From: Nitrospinales bacterium
Lineage (GTDB): Bacteria; Nitrospinota; Nitrospinia; Nitrospinales; VA-1
Assembly (NCBI GenBank): GCA_965262115.1
Contig: OZ253496.1
Span: forward strand, 2,432,001-2,496,000
Direction of reading: 5' to 3'
Length of the DNA: 64,000 nucleotides
Shown: positions 20,250 through 31,543 of the stretch, in pieces
Layout: every line of letters begins with the position of its first letter
Position numbering within the stretch: position 1 is the stretch's first letter
Translations under genes and position numbers: made by a program
Notes under the pieces: generated by a model
What the model was told of the DNA's origin: nothing
The model's database searches: none
Seen by the model: the letters and a program-made list of their open reading frames with translations, nothing else

Positions 20250-21869
20250 TTAATCATCTTCATAGGCGGGGAGTGTTGTGAGGCGGGTGTCTTCCACCGC
20301 CGCTCCAACCGTGAAATGGTACAAGCTCTGATAGCTTCGGTCTTTTATGCCGAAGACATCATGCACCGGGTCATCGAAGAAGCACCCGATTCCCGTGCTG
20401 CGGATGCCGCTGACCTCTGCCTGCAGATACAGCATCTGCCCGATGGCCCCACACTCCCAATAAAGACGAGGATACATCCAGGGGCCATAATTCAAGGATG
20501 CGTTTTCAAAAGCGCTGATCATACCCAGGCTGAAACAATCTGCGCCGGCGATTTCCTGTCCACACGAAACGGAAGTGGCCATGCCGCAAAAATCACCTTC
20601 CTGCAATAAAAATAAATCCAGGGTTTCGGGGCAATCCTTGGGCTTGGCCCAGGCGAAATCTTTTTTCAACCTGGTTTTTAAGTCACTCAGATGATTTTTA
20701 TTGCGCACTAAAAAATATAAGCCTTCTGAAAGACCATCCACCCTATGGATAAAAAGCCCTAAATGAATTTGTGGGTCCCATGGAAAGGTTTGAAAAGGGA
20801 GAGGGCAGGCTTCTGGAATTGTTTTTGCCATAAATTGATAAAATGTTTCACTTGAAATCCGAGTCTTTCCATCCATGGCAACGGCACTTCTACGCTGATG
20901 AATGGCTTTCCTTATGGGAAAGGAATCTTCCTGCAAAAGGTTTGGCAGTGTTTTTTGTTTGAAATCAGCATTTGGGAAGTCCTCTGTGTAAGGTTTTTGA
21001 GTTGTTTGTGAGACTTCTGTTATGCCGTACCAATCCATATGGTCGTTGCTCAAAATATTTGGGTTTCCCAACCATTGCAATTTAGAAAAGCCAGCGACAA
21101 AATTCCTGTTTTTTATATTCTTTGCACTTTCTTGAGGAGTGACAACGATCAGACAATTTTGAACTTCAATCTCATCTTCATTCTTTTTGTGTAATCCCAA
21201 AACAACTTCCATCTCTTCACCGCCAAGATGGTCCATCAATTGAGTTCGCCAACCCAAAACTGCGCCCGCTATGTTTATTGCGGCCAGGGCGTGACCCATA
21301 TCGTGATGGCAGTATCTAAAAACCCTTAGACCGTATTTCCATGCCTCTCTCCAATAAATAGAACTTAGACCAATGAATAAGGTGTTTTCAGGAAAACCTT
21401 CTGACATTTGTTTCCAGGTTTGATTTGAAAAGATGGCTCGAATTTCCAATCCGTGAGTTCTGGGACAGTAATGGGAAACGGATGGAGATCTGTTGACCCC
21501 CTCTATGGGGCCGCAGATTAAATAACCTTCTGTCGGATGCAGGTTTCCGCTTGAAGGGTTAACCCGAAGAGCCCACTTTGATCCCTGAAAACTCTTCCAT
21601 GCTGAAATTGCGAGGCTATCAAAGAACAACTGGGAAAGGGTTGCAAAGCTTAAGGGAAGAGCCGGAATTTTTTTTGGCTGTAAAGCTTCGTAGAAAAGAG
21701 GTCCTTCATTCAGAGAGGCTTTTTTTAATTTGATTATTTCTGTGCCGGTATAACGGCGGAAGGGGTCGGGCTGGTTTTCCCAATCCATATAACCAGGGCC
21801 GGGAGCCGACCCGTGATAACCGTGCTTGGAGTATTGGTGGTACTGCTTGGTTTCATCCCAGTCTGACAT
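20250..21869 (-). CDS. SagB/ThcOx-family dual nitroreductase-domain protein
   Basis: LRVNPSSGNLHPTE, WKYG.R..RY, QRRSA, STGIGCFFDD. Confidence 0.85.
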   Translation of the reverse strand: MSDWDETKQYHQYSKHGYHGSAPGPGYMDWENQPDPFRRYTGTEIIKLKKASLNEGPLFYEALQPKKIPALPLSFATLSQLFFDSLAISAWKSFQGSKWALRVNPSSGNLHPTEGYLICGPIEGVNRSPSVSHYCPRTHGLEIRAIFSNQTWKQMSEGFPENTLFIGLSSIYWREAWKYGLRVFRYCHHDMGHALAAINIAGAVLGWRTQLMDHLGGEEMEVVLGLHKKNEDEIEVQNCLIVVTPQESAKNIKNRNFVAGFSKLQWLGNPNILSNDHMDWYGITEVSQTTQKPYTEDFPNADFKQKTLPNLLQEDSFPIRKAIHQRRSAVAMDGKTRISSETFYQFMAKTIPEACPLPFQTFPWDPQIHLGLFIHRVDGLSEGLYFLVRNKNHLSDLKTRLKKDFAWAKPKDCPETLDLFLLQEGDFCGMATSVSCGQEIAGADCFSLGMISAFENASLNYGPWMYPRLYWECGAIGQMLYLQAEVSGIRSTGIGCFFDDPVHDVFGIKDRSYQSLYHFTVGAAVEDTRLTTLPAYEDD

Positions 21870-22038
21870 AATTTAGTAACAAAATGGATTGATGAGGGGG
21901 AGAGAACTCTTGGTCAGAGGACTTTCGGTCAGAAAATCAGTTCTTTCCCAATTATAGCGGGGAAGTCGATAACCATTAGAAGAGAAAAGGGGATTCAGGG
22001 GTGGAAACTTTTTGTGTTTCCAGAAATATGGGTTGGAG

Positions 22039-23614
22039 TCAACGCAATCGGTGTAAGACAGCCATTACATCCTGGAACCTGGGGAGGGCCAGGAGGCCAT
22101 TGTTAAAAGGCGCGACTGATTCCAGTTCTCCATTTTCAATCTTTTCGAGAATGTCTTTTATCGCATCCTTGTTTGACACACGGGGATCAGTCTGCTGTAG
22201 GTCTTTAAGTTGTTTCAGAATCCAGCCGCAGAGTTCCAGTTGTCCCGATTCGACAAGGTGTTCGACATAGCGCACGTCGATCTCGGTGCGTCCCAGAATA
22301 AGTGCGTTCAACCCTTGAGTTTGAATCACACAGGGTTTTTTGCCTCGGCTAAAATCCAATGCAGATAAATTGCGGCTTCTCATTGGCACTTTGGGAAGCG
22401 GCGCGCTGGTTTCGGTTTTGCGACTGCCGGGGTTGTCCCGGACAATCTGTTTTGCTTTTGCCGTTACCAGTCGGGGGTGAAATGAATCCATGGCGATGAC
22501 CTGATCGACCGTATCAAAATAATCCCCGCTTCCCCCCATCACCAGAAGGGTGCTGACTCCGAAATCCTTATGCAACTCTTCAATCCGATCAACCAGTGGC
22601 GTGATCGGTTCCTGATCGGAGGCGATCAGAGCCTGCATTCTGGCATCACGGATCATAAAGTTGGTGGCGCAGGTGTCTTCATCCATAAGCAGAAGGGAAG
22701 AGCCGGACTCAACGGCTTCGAGAATATTCACCGCTTGCGAGGTGGAGCCGCTGGCCGAGACGGTGGAAAAGTTTTCCGTCGATGAGATGAGTGGCAGGTT
22801 GCCCATGAATCCGGAGACGTTGATAGGCTGGACAGAGCGACCGTCTTCTGCGCGGATTTTTACCGCCGTGGGTTGGGTGGCGATGCGTTCGCGTCCGTCT
22901 CCTGTCACATGCGGGTAGACCGCATCCTGAATGGCTTTCAGTAAAGTGCTTTTGCCGTGGAATCCGCCTCCCACGATCAGGGTGATTCCCAGCGGAATAG
23001 GCATGCCGCGCACTTTTCCACCATGTGGCAGTTGCACTTCGGCGCTGAGTTCTTCCGGTGCTGATAAAACCACTCCGCCAGTTTTCAAAGGCAGGTCGCT
23101 GATTCCTGAGGCGCGGGGAAGAAGCGGTCCGTCTGCCACAAAACTGGCCCAGTGGTTTTGGTACAACAACTGGCTCAACGTGGAATAGTCTTCCAGGGTT
23201 TCGAGGGCTTGTTGAACTTTGTTCAGATCGAGGGATTTCGCCAGCAGGCATTCTTCCCAGACCGGAGGCAGGACTTCGGAAAAAAGTTTGACACATTCTT
23301 TGGCCAGCACCCTGCGGCCGTCTCCAGGGAACCCGGCACTGCTGGACACGGCGGTCCACCTCTCTTAAGAGATAGTCTTCGAGAGCCAGTTTTCTTAAAG
23401 GGTTTTTAGTGCGCGCTTTTACAAACCCGGCGGAAGGAAGCTCGATCTTTATGGATAACCGCGAAGGTGCGGCAAAAGGATCGCCCTGCACATGTTCAAA
23501 GGTGAGTTGAAACAAGCCAAAGGCGAAGCTTTTGCCCTGCAGGTTTTTATAGGCTTTGTAACCTTTGCCATCCAGAGATGTGATCTGGTTTATGAGTTCT
23601 TTTGGATCAGGCAT
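22039..23614 (-). pseudogene. ABC-class ATPase domain protein, frameshifted near 23345
   Basis: N-terminus (LDGKGYKAYK, HVQGDPFAAPS) is in one frame, and GGGFHGKSTLL, ASGSTSQA, DEDTCATNF in another. The junction also appears shortened. Confidence 0.8.
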
Positions 23615-24514
23615 GGTTGGGTATAGTGTCCTGCAAAACCTTGAGACGAAACTCCTACGGGAAGATAATTGCGGGCAATGTTGATGATATGGTCTCGGTA
23701 TGGAAGGCGGACCGAATCTTCCCGGATCTGGCTCATGGCAAATGGGAGACGAGTTTTCAAAGTCCGCGAACCTTCGGCGGTTCCATCGCCTTCAATAAAA
23801 TGATCGATGATGACTGCGGAAGCTCCGGCATTTTTCAGGCGTTCAAAAAAACGCTGTGGATTTTCCAACGGATATAAGGGCGATAGGCAGGCCACGGTTT
23901 TGAGTCCTTGGACTGATAGTTGTTCCAATGCGGAAATCCGTCGCTCAATGCTACAGGGGGGAGGCGGCAGCCCGGGCAGCCGGTTTCTGTCCCCTTCTAT
24001 AGAAATGTGGATTCTGAGCGAGCAGAGTCGGGAGAGTTTCAGCAGGAGTTCTTGATCGTCCAGAATGCTTGCACTGTGGGTTTGCAGGATCAATGTGTCT
24101 GGCTGGCAGGTCGTCATGGCCTGAAGGACAGCACGGGTCACCCGGTATTTTTTTTTCAACAGGTTGCCAGGGGTCGGTGGCACTGGACATAAAAATGGTG
24201 AAAGGAATGGAACGTTGATGGGCCCAGTTTTTTTCTCTTTGCACCGATTGCGTATACAATTCACTAGCGTTGATTTTAACATCGATAAATTTCCCCCACT
24301 CGCGGCCTCGTGTCACCCAATGATTGAAACGGACATAGCAACCTTCACCGCAGGAGGAAAGGCCGTAGCCGCAGCCGCTATACGGATTCAGCGAGTGTGA
24401 GCAGACTCCCTTAAGATAGCCGCTGGCACGGGTCAACAGGGTTTTGCTTTGTATCAAGTTAATCTCTTTACTCAAAGGAAGGTTGGAGTATGTTTGTGAG
24501 TCAGGGGGTTTCAT
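23590..24514 (-). pseudogene. SplB/Rv2578c-like radical SAM protein split by a frameshift in an A9 run
   Basis: LNPYSGCGYGLSSCGEGCY and MSSATDPWQPVEKK in one frame, YRVTRAVL onward in the next. T9 at 24148-24156. Confidence 0.8.
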
Positions 24515-24753
24515 TCCACCTAATTGACACTGGGAAAACCAAAAGCTACTATCATCAGAACCCAAATGGTTTTTATAGTCATTGCGAAAATTTTTAAAGG
24601 GTTCTCTAATAATTCCTGGGGCTTTATAAGCCGCCATTCCTTAACCATTTTATCATTTTTTCCCAAACTGCGGTATTCTCTCTGATTGCCCCCTGTTGGT
24701 GGAGGCAAAAACCAGGCCTTTTACTGGGGTTCAAGGAGTTTGGCTGTTGTTGA

Positions 24754-25089
24754 TATGGCATCACGCTGGAAGCAGCCAAAGTTGCTAACGCGACTACGGA
24801 CAAATTCGGCTACACCGACAATGATCGTGGCGGCGCTAATTTGAGCCTGTGGAAGTCTTCCAACTTCACGACGATTCCTATAACTTTAGGACCGAACGAC
24901 AATAATGCCAGTCTAAACGGTACCGATGGTGGAAGAACTGGTCTGCCCAAAAGAGGCGGAATGGGTAAACACAAAGTAACCCTCATTTCTCAGTCTAATT
25001 TCAGCCGGGGTGACTCTATTGGCGATATCAGCAGATTGGTTAAAATCACCAATACCGGTACGACCGCTGTTACGGTTACCTGCAACTAA
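24754..25089 (+). pseudogene. Probable 3' remnant of a Gly/Thr/Asn-rich exported protein gene
   Basis: Open, coding-like frame bounded by an upstream TGA (24751), no good start, followed by a strong terminator. Confidence 0.35.
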
Positions 25090-25137
25090 GGTTTGTTTTA
25101 GTAAGGGCTTAATCAGCGAGTTTTGTTCTTACCCTGG

Positions 25138-25176
25138 AAAACAGCCGACCTCTCCCAAGGTCGGCTGTTTTTTTTT
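25138..25176 (+). terminator. Rho-independent terminator
   Basis: AAAACAGCCGACCT-ctccca-AGGTCGGCTGTTTT followed by a T run. Confidence 0.85.
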
Positions 25177-25324
25177 AAGTGAGTTTAAGGTTCCTGCCTG
25201 TTCCTCAATTGAGCGATTCATCGTGCCTTGATGATTGCGCTTAATTTTTTCCAGCTAATTTGTTACCCTTAGCCGTTTCTTACACCCTCAGATAATAGAA
25301 GGTCTTTTTTGTAGAGAGAAAAAA

Positions 25325-26728
25325 ATGAGTGAACCCATCAAAGTTCGTTTTGCGCCCAGCCCAACCGGGTTTTTGCATATCGGTGGGGTGAGGACGGCCC
25401 TGTTCAACTGGTTGTTCGTCCGCCATCATGGCGGGAAGTTCGTTTTACGCATTGAAGATACGGACCATGAGCGCTCGACGGAAGAATCGATCACTGAAAT
25501 TCTCGAATCCATGCGATGGCTGGGGTTGGACTGGGACGAAGGTCCGTACCGGCAAACCGAGCGGAAGGAACTTTATTCCGCAAAGGTCGACCAGCTTTTC
25601 AAGGAAGGTAAAGCCTACCGTTGCACTTGCACGCCGAAGGAGTTAGACCAGAAACGTAGTGAGGCTCAGAAAAAAGGACTCAAACCCAAATATGATGGAA
25701 CCTGCCGGGAACGGACTGACCAGCCAGAAGGGGCACCATCCGTGATCCGGTTCAAGGCGCCTCTTGAGGGTTCGGTGGTGGTGGAAGATATGTTGCGCGG
25801 TAAGGTGGTGTTTGACATTGCCGAACTGGATGACCTGATTTTGCAGAGGACCGATGGTTCTCCCACCTACAACTTTGTCGTCGTGGTCGATGATGCCGAC
25901 ATGGGCATCACCCATGTGGTACGTGGAGACGACCATCTTTCCAATACGCCACGGCAATGTTTGTTGTATGACGCCTTGGGCTTTCCTCGGCCCCGGTTCG
26001 CCCATATTTCCATGATTCTGGGACAGGACAAGGCTCGCCTGAGTAAGCGTCATGGAGCGACTTCGGCGCTGGCGTACCGGGATATGGGTTACCTTCCTGC
26101 TACGATCATCAATTATCTGGCCAGGCTGGGTTGGTCGCATGGCGATCAGGAAATCTTTTCGCGGGAAGAAATGATCCAGCATTTTTCCTTCGACTCGGTG
26201 CATACCTCGGCAGCGGTGTTTGATCCTGACAAGCTGTCCTGGCTGAATGAACATTATATAAAGACCACCCCGCCGGAAGAACTGGCCCGGCATTTGGAGC
26301 CGTTTCTTATCCGTTCTGGAATCCTTGAAGAAGGTCACGGTCTGGACTTTGCGGAAATCGCCAGGGTTATCCCGTCCTTGAACCAGCGCGCCAAAACTCT
26401 TGTGGAGATGGCAGACAAGTCGGCATTCTATTTTAAAAAGGAAGTCGAGTTTGATGAAAAAGCGAAGGCCAAATTTCTGACCCTTGAAGCAAGACCGTTA
26501 CTGGAAAAAGCCATTGCCGGACTTTCCCAACTGGAACACTTTTCTGCAGAAGAGATTGAAGCGTTGTTCAAGAAAGTTGTGGAAGAAGAGGGGACGAAGC
26601 TCGGCAAGCTGGCGCAACCGGTGCGTGTGGCCCTCACCGGTACTACCGTGAGCCCCGGAATTTATGACGTCATCCTGCTTCTGGGAAAGGAAGAAACTCT
26701 AAAGCGATTAAACCAGGCCCTTCCATAA
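25325..26728 (+). CDS. gltX: Glutamate--tRNA ligase
   Basis: RFAPSPTG.LHIGG, LRIEDTD, LSKRHGA. Confidence 0.97.
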   Translation: MSEPIKVRFAPSPTGFLHIGGVRTALFNWLFVRHHGGKFVLRIEDTDHERSTEESITEILESMRWLGLDWDEGPYRQTERKELYSAKVDQLFKEGKAYRCTCTPKELDQKRSEAQKKGLKPKYDGTCRERTDQPEGAPSVIRFKAPLEGSVVVEDMLRGKVVFDIAELDDLILQRTDGSPTYNFVVVVDDADMGITHVVRGDDHLSNTPRQCLLYDALGFPRPRFAHISMILGQDKARLSKRHGATSALAYRDMGYLPATIINYLARLGWSHGDQEIFSREEMIQHFSFDSVHTSAAVFDPDKLSWLNEHYIKTTPPEELARHLEPFLIRSGILEEGHGLDFAEIARVIPSLNQRAKTLVEMADKSAFYFKKEVEFDEKAKAKFLTLEARPLLEKAIAGLSQLEHFSAEEIEALFKKVVEEEGTKLGKLAQPVRVALTGTTVSPGIYDVILLLGKEETLKRLNQALP

Positions 26729-26761
26729 GAAATCCGAATTCTGCCTGCCTGGTCGAAAAAC

Positions 26762-28732
26762 TTATTTGTTTATAATTTCCCCGATATCGCGGACCTTTAC
26801 TTTTTCCTCAAGACCTTTGGCTTTCACCGCGTCTTCCAGCATCAATACACAGTAGGGGCAGGACACGGCGATGGTGTCAGGATTGGTGACCATCAACTCA
26901 TCCAGTCTATGATGGCTCATTCGGGTGCCGATATTTTCCTCAAGCAGGAACCGGGCACCACCGGCCCCACAGCAGGTGCCGGTTTCACGGCTTTGCTCCA
27001 CTTCCTGAACTTTTGTTACTTCTGCGGCAAGCACTTTGCGAGGTGCATCGTACACCCCATTGTGCCGACCCAGGTAGCAGGAGTCATGCACCACCACATT
27101 GGTGTCGGTTTTTTCTCCGAGTGATAATTTCCCTTCGGCGATCAAGGTTTCCAGCAATTCAGAATGGTGGATCACTTCCAGATAAACTCCGAATTCGGGA
27201 TACTCGTTTTTCAGTGAGTTGAGACAATGGGGACAGTGGGTGATGACTTTCAGCACATTATTTTGCTGGAAGGTCTCAGCATTTTGTCTGGCCAGCATGT
27301 CGAATAAATATTCGTTGCCGGCCCTGCGAGCCGGGTCACCGGTACAACCTTCACCGTTGCCGAGAATGGAAAAGCTGACTCTCGCTTGTTTCAGAGCCTT
27401 GACCACGGCCTCAGAAATTTTTTTGCCACGCGTATCGAAAGATCCGTTGCACCCGACGAAATACAAATATTCAGTGGGGTGGGTCTTGTCCCAGATGGGG
27501 ATGTTCAAAGCTTTGGCCCAGTCGGCGCGTGAGTTTTTAGGGAATCCCCAAGGATTGGACTGGGTTTCCAATGATTTGAAAGCGGACTCCAACTCTTTCG
27601 GGTAGCGGTCTTCGGTCAGTACCAGTCCGCGTCTTAGGTCGATCACTTTGTCGACGTATTCAATCATCACCGGGCAGGCGGATTCGCAGGCTCCGCAAGT
27701 GGTGCAGGCCCAGAGGGTTTCATCTTCGATCACACCGCCCAGCAAGGGAATATCGGAAACGGAGTGTCCATTAAGATGGTCTCTCAAATCCACCGTGAGT
27801 TGTTGCGGCGAGAGAGGTTTGCCGGTCGCCAGTGCCGGGCAGACCCGGTCGCACCGACCGCATTGGGTGCAGGTATGCAGATCCAGCATTTGCTTCCAGG
27901 TGAAACTTTCAACCTCTGTAATGCCAAAGGTTTCTTTTTCTTCATCTTCAAAGTCGAGGCGATGCAGGGTGCTTCCGGGATTCAAGTTGGACAGGAAAAC
28001 ATTTGGGATGGCTGTCACGATGTGAAAGTGCTTGCTGCGTGGAAGAAGTGTCAGGAAATAGAGGATGGCAGAAATATGAGCCCAGTAAGCCAGGCTGTGC
28101 AGGTGCCCCACCAAATCTTTTCCCAACGTGCTGACAAGAGGAGCGAAAAGGGCGGCCAACGGGCCGGATTTTTCAATATCTGGATTGAGAGCTAGAAAAG
28201 CAGCATCGAACAAAACGTCGCTGGCCACGATGATGAGTATCAGGTCGAGAATAATCAGGCCTTCGGTGGAGAGGGTGAGACGGCTGGGTTTAATCACCAG
28301 CCTGCGATACAGAGCATAGAGAACGGCGAGGGTGACCAGAAAGACCACGCCATCCTTAATCCATAAATATGGCAGGATCAGGGGGGCGGTGGCGGAGAAA
28401 TGAGACTCAATATTTGGCAAAAGGCCGATGAAAAAGAATTCCCCGGCACGTACGAGAAGGATCAGGAATCCCCAGAAAATCACGGCATGCATCCAGCCTG
28501 ATTTAGGTTCCTTAAGGAGTCGGGTTTGTCCAAAGCCGATGCTAAGAGTCGTGAAAATTCGTTTCAAGGGCTGGTCGGTGCGGTTTTCTTTCCCGACTTT
28601 TAGCAGGAGGCGCAGTTTTGGCCACGCGCTCAAGGTGAAGGCGGTCAGTGATATCAGGATGAGAAAAACCAGAATCCAGGGTTGCAGGCTGGGGGGAACC
28701 CATTCGAACGCACGGTTAATATGTTGATCCAT
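26762..28732 (-). CDS. Membrane-bound Fe-S oxidoreductase (FadF/HdrD-like, CCG domains)
   Basis: N-terminal TM helices, CTQCGRCDRVCP, CTTCGACESACP, HDSCYLGR, CCGAGG. Confidence 0.9.
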   Translation of the reverse strand: MDQHINRAFEWVPPSLQPWILVFLILISLTAFTLSAWPKLRLLLKVGKENRTDQPLKRIFTTLSIGFGQTRLLKEPKSGWMHAVIFWGFLILLVRAGEFFFIGLLPNIESHFSATAPLILPYLWIKDGVVFLVTLAVLYALYRRLVIKPSRLTLSTEGLIILDLILIIVASDVLFDAAFLALNPDIEKSGPLAALFAPLVSTLGKDLVGHLHSLAYWAHISAILYFLTLLPRSKHFHIVTAIPNVFLSNLNPGSTLHRLDFEDEEKETFGITEVESFTWKQMLDLHTCTQCGRCDRVCPALATGKPLSPQQLTVDLRDHLNGHSVSDIPLLGGVIEDETLWACTTCGACESACPVMIEYVDKVIDLRRGLVLTEDRYPKELESAFKSLETQSNPWGFPKNSRADWAKALNIPIWDKTHPTEYLYFVGCNGSFDTRGKKISEAVVKALKQARVSFSILGNGEGCTGDPARRAGNEYLFDMLARQNAETFQQNNVLKVITHCPHCLNSLKNEYPEFGVYLEVIHHSELLETLIAEGKLSLGEKTDTNVVVHDSCYLGRHNGVYDAPRKVLAAEVTKVQEVEQSRETGTCCGAGGARFLLEENIGTRMSHHRLDELMVTNPDTIAVSCPYCVLMLEDAVKAKGLEEKVKVRDIGEIINK

Positions 28733-28903
28733 AAGCGATGTCGTGAAAGCGGTTGATATCCTTTGAGTTGACCGTCACCGGATTCTGGTCAGAATGTTAG
28801 ATTATTGTTTTTATTCGCGGATTGCTATTTTATTCGTAGCCTGGGTAATATATAATTATAAAGTTAAAGATTATCCCTCATTTCAATCTGGTTTTGGAGG
28901 TTT

Positions 28904-29785
28904 TTGATCTTGCTAAAAGTTATTGGAATTCAGATGCGGATTCTGCCAATTTTGGTGTATTTAGGGGTGGTGTTCCCGATCACTGTGCTTGCTGTTCCTT
29001 TGCAGGATGAATTTGACAGGAATCAGGCCGGGAACCGTCCCGGGGTCTTCCCTAAATGGCAAGGGACACCTCCGGTGAATCAGGATCTTCAACCCAACCT
29101 GACAAATGAGATCAACGAGCCGCATCCTTTACCGTCTCGTGTTAACCGTGATATTTACACTCAGTTGCTGAGAGTTGAGCCGGTAGACCAGGTGCAAAGC
29201 AAGGTGTTCAATTCGGGCCGGTTTGACCGCCTCCAAAGGATCGGAGTTTTAGGCTTTGAAAACAAAACGTTTGCACCTTTTGAAGACCGGTCTGCCGGGG
29301 ATGTCGTATCTCGACAGGCGTACCAGGAATTGAAAAGCAACAAGAGTTACTCCCGTATCATCCCTTCGCAGTTGATGGAGGATGTGCGGCTTAAAATTGT
29401 CAAATCCCCCGGCTCTGTTGTGGAGCAAAATTTGTCGAAGAGTGAGGAAACTGCGCCGCTGGTTTCCGGGGACAGGCTTGACGCGGTGATGATCGGAGCG
29501 GTCTCAAAATATACCGACAGGTATGTAGACCGGTATGGAAAAATTCAGAAAAGTATAGCCAGCGGTTTGGAGTTCACGGCATTTTTAGTAGACCCTCGGA
29601 CCCGGGAAGTCATATGGGGTGCCCGTTTTGTGGGACGGCAAAGGCCGGGAGTTCAGAACCTTGGCCAACATAAGGGACGCTGGTTGAGTAAAGAGGACTT
29701 CACCCGCTCTGCTATGAAATTTGTATTAAAAGAATTTATAAACCGGGTTGATGAACAACCACATAACGAAAACCTGGGACAATGA
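28904..29785 (+). CDS. Exported hypothetical protein (TolB-N/LpoB-like fold suspected)
   Basis: Signal-like N-terminus, RIGVLGFEN, DAVMIGAV, LVDPRTREVIW. Start uncertain. Confidence 0.55.
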   Translation: MILLKVIGIQMRILPILVYLGVVFPITVLAVPLQDEFDRNQAGNRPGVFPKWQGTPPVNQDLQPNLTNEINEPHPLPSRVNRDIYTQLLRVEPVDQVQSKVFNSGRFDRLQRIGVLGFENKTFAPFEDRSAGDVVSRQAYQELKSNKSYSRIIPSQLMEDVRLKIVKSPGSVVEQNLSKSEETAPLVSGDRLDAVMIGAVSKYTDRYVDRYGKIQKSIASGLEFTAFLVDPRTREVIWGARFVGRQRPGVQNLGQHKGRWLSKEDFTRSAMKFVLKEFINRVDEQPHNENLGQ

Positions 29786-30570
29786 GTGAATCTTTCGATG
29801 GAACGCCCGTTCAGGAAATAGACAAGAAAAGGAAGCTTTGGCGCAATCTTTTTTTGCTTAACCTCTGCGTTTCCCTGCTTTTGGTCGGTATTTTCTGGTT
29901 ACCTTCAAAGCTGGATCAGGTGGCCAGTTTTCTCAATTCCCCCAGCGTTAACGTGCCTGGAGAAGGCAAAATGGCCGAGAAGCCTGTGGTGGAAGAGGAG
30001 GCGCCCGCACCAAAGGCACCCAGCAACATGTTGACAACCCTGGTGACCACCGTGAACGCTTCCTCAGAAAAAGAGTATGTGTATTTTGATTTTTCCAGCG
30101 GGAAGCCGGTTCGCATTCTGGACGCCTCATCTCTGGAATGGGATCTGGCATTTAGAAGGGGTAAGGTGATATCCAATGGCGGCGCTTCCAGCAAGTTGGG
30201 AAATGCCGGTCTCATTGATCTGGGTGTGGTCGAGTTTGACACGGTGACGGAAGTGCCCATGGATAATTATTCCGTGGATGTAGCCGCCAAAACTGAAACG
30301 GAAAACCCGGTCCTCTTAAAATGGTACAATTATAATTATTTTACCCACAAGTTGACTGCCAAGAAGAATAGTTATGCAGTGCGAACCGCGAATGGTAAAT
30401 ATGCCAAATTTCAGTTTCTGAGTTTCTATTGCGACAACAAGGAGGCGGGATGTATAAAAATTCGCTATGTGTATCAGGATAGCGGGTCCAATAGCTTTTT
30501 GAAAACAGGCGGCGCTTTCACGACAACCTCGACGGCTTCCTCCTCGACGGAGACCACGAACCCATCTTGA
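29782..30570 (+). CDS. HmuY-family heme-binding protein, membrane anchored
   Basis: VYFDF, WDLAFRR..VISNGG, WYNYN..TH, VRTANGKYAKFQFLSFY. Confidence 0.8.
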   Translation: MSESFDGTPVQEIDKKRKLWRNLFLLNLCVSLLLVGIFWLPSKLDQVASFLNSPSVNVPGEGKMAEKPVVEEEAPAPKAPSNMLTTLVTTVNASSEKEYVYFDFSSGKPVRILDASSLEWDLAFRRGKVISNGGASSKLGNAGLIDLGVVEFDTVTEVPMDNYSVDVAAKTETENPVLLKWYNYNYFTHKLTAKKNSYAVRTANGKYAKFQFLSFYCDNKEAGCIKIRYVYQDSGSNSFLKTGGAFTTTSTASSSTETTNPS

Positions 30571-30721
30571 TATTTGAAAGAAAATTGCTGAAGTTACAAA
30601 GACCGTTCTTCCCAAGACCGGTCTTTTCTGTTAAAAATGTACTTCAGCTCACTATTCCGGGATAGAAGAAACTAGTGACCATCATTAATTTTGATCAAAA
30701 TTTGGATTTGGAGAAAAACGA

Positions 30722-31306
30722 ATGCCGACTTTAAAAGGTTTATTGTTCAACCAATATGCTGCTGAGGGGCTCACTGCACTGGTTGAAGAAATGCAGTCCA
30801 GTTATACCGCGAAAAAAGGGCGCCGATTTAACCATAATAATGTTACCTACGAAATCAGCCGTCCTACCCTGAAAGGCAACGCTATTGAATTTGAGATCAG
30901 CTCAAAAATCCCGGAGGATGAACTCAAAACGTCTAAAGATATGCAGTCTTATTTCCAGCAAATGAAAAAAATTCTGGAGAAGGGCAAGAACAAGCCTGAG
31001 TCGATTGAGATGGAAAATATAGTTTGGGACTCAAAAAAAGAAACGGAAAAAAAACGCGACTATGTAAAGCTTCAATACCGGTATCCCCTGGATGACTTGT
31101 TTGACAATAAGGTGGTGGCCAAACGGCACGAGAAAGTGATGAGTGGCCAGGCCGACCCCTCTGTGCCGGATTCTCCCAGTGCTTTCACCAAGGCGGGGCG
31201 GGTTGTGCTAGGTGTTGTTCGGGAAACCATGCAGCAGCTAGGTAAGGAAAGTTTGACCGAGTTAATGGATGTTAACAAAAAGGTCAAAGTCTCGCTGAAA
31301 GGCTAA
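30722..31306 (+). CDS. Hypothetical protein
   Basis: GGAG RBS, 194-aa ORF with normal composition and no recognised motif. Confidence 0.7.
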   Translation: MPTLKGLLFNQYAAEGLTALVEEMQSSYTAKKGRRFNHNNVTYEISRPTLKGNAIEFEISSKIPEDELKTSKDMQSYFQQMKKILEKGKNKPESIEMENIVWDSKKETEKKRDYVKLQYRYPLDDLFDNKVVAKRHEKVMSGQADPSVPDSPSAFTKAGRVVLGVVRETMQQLGKESLTELMDVNKKVKVSLKG

Positions 31307-31311
31307 GTCTG

Positions 31312-31491
31312 ATGGGTTCCGTAAAGTATTATCTGGGCAGGGCCTTGCAATTGATAGGTCTTGCCACCATCTCGGCAGTGGTGCTCATGTTTTTTACCCA
31401 GATGAGTATGGAGCCCCTGTTGATCTGGTCGTTGATCGGTGCGTCCGAGTTTTATGGCGGAACCTGGTTACTGGGCAAGGAGGAAAGGTGA
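31312..31491 (+). CDS. Small two-TM membrane protein (59 aa; not in ORF track)
   Basis: MGSVKYYLGRALQLIGLATISAVVLMFF...GGTWLLGKEER*, starting 5 nt after the previous stop. Confidence 0.7.
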   Translation: MGSVKYYLGRALQLIGLATISAVVLMFFTQMSMEPLLIWSLIGASEFYGGTWLLGKEER

Positions 31492-31543
31492 TCTGCCCTT
31501 TCCCGCCTGACAGCATATTATTTTTTTCCTTAAGCAATAAAAA

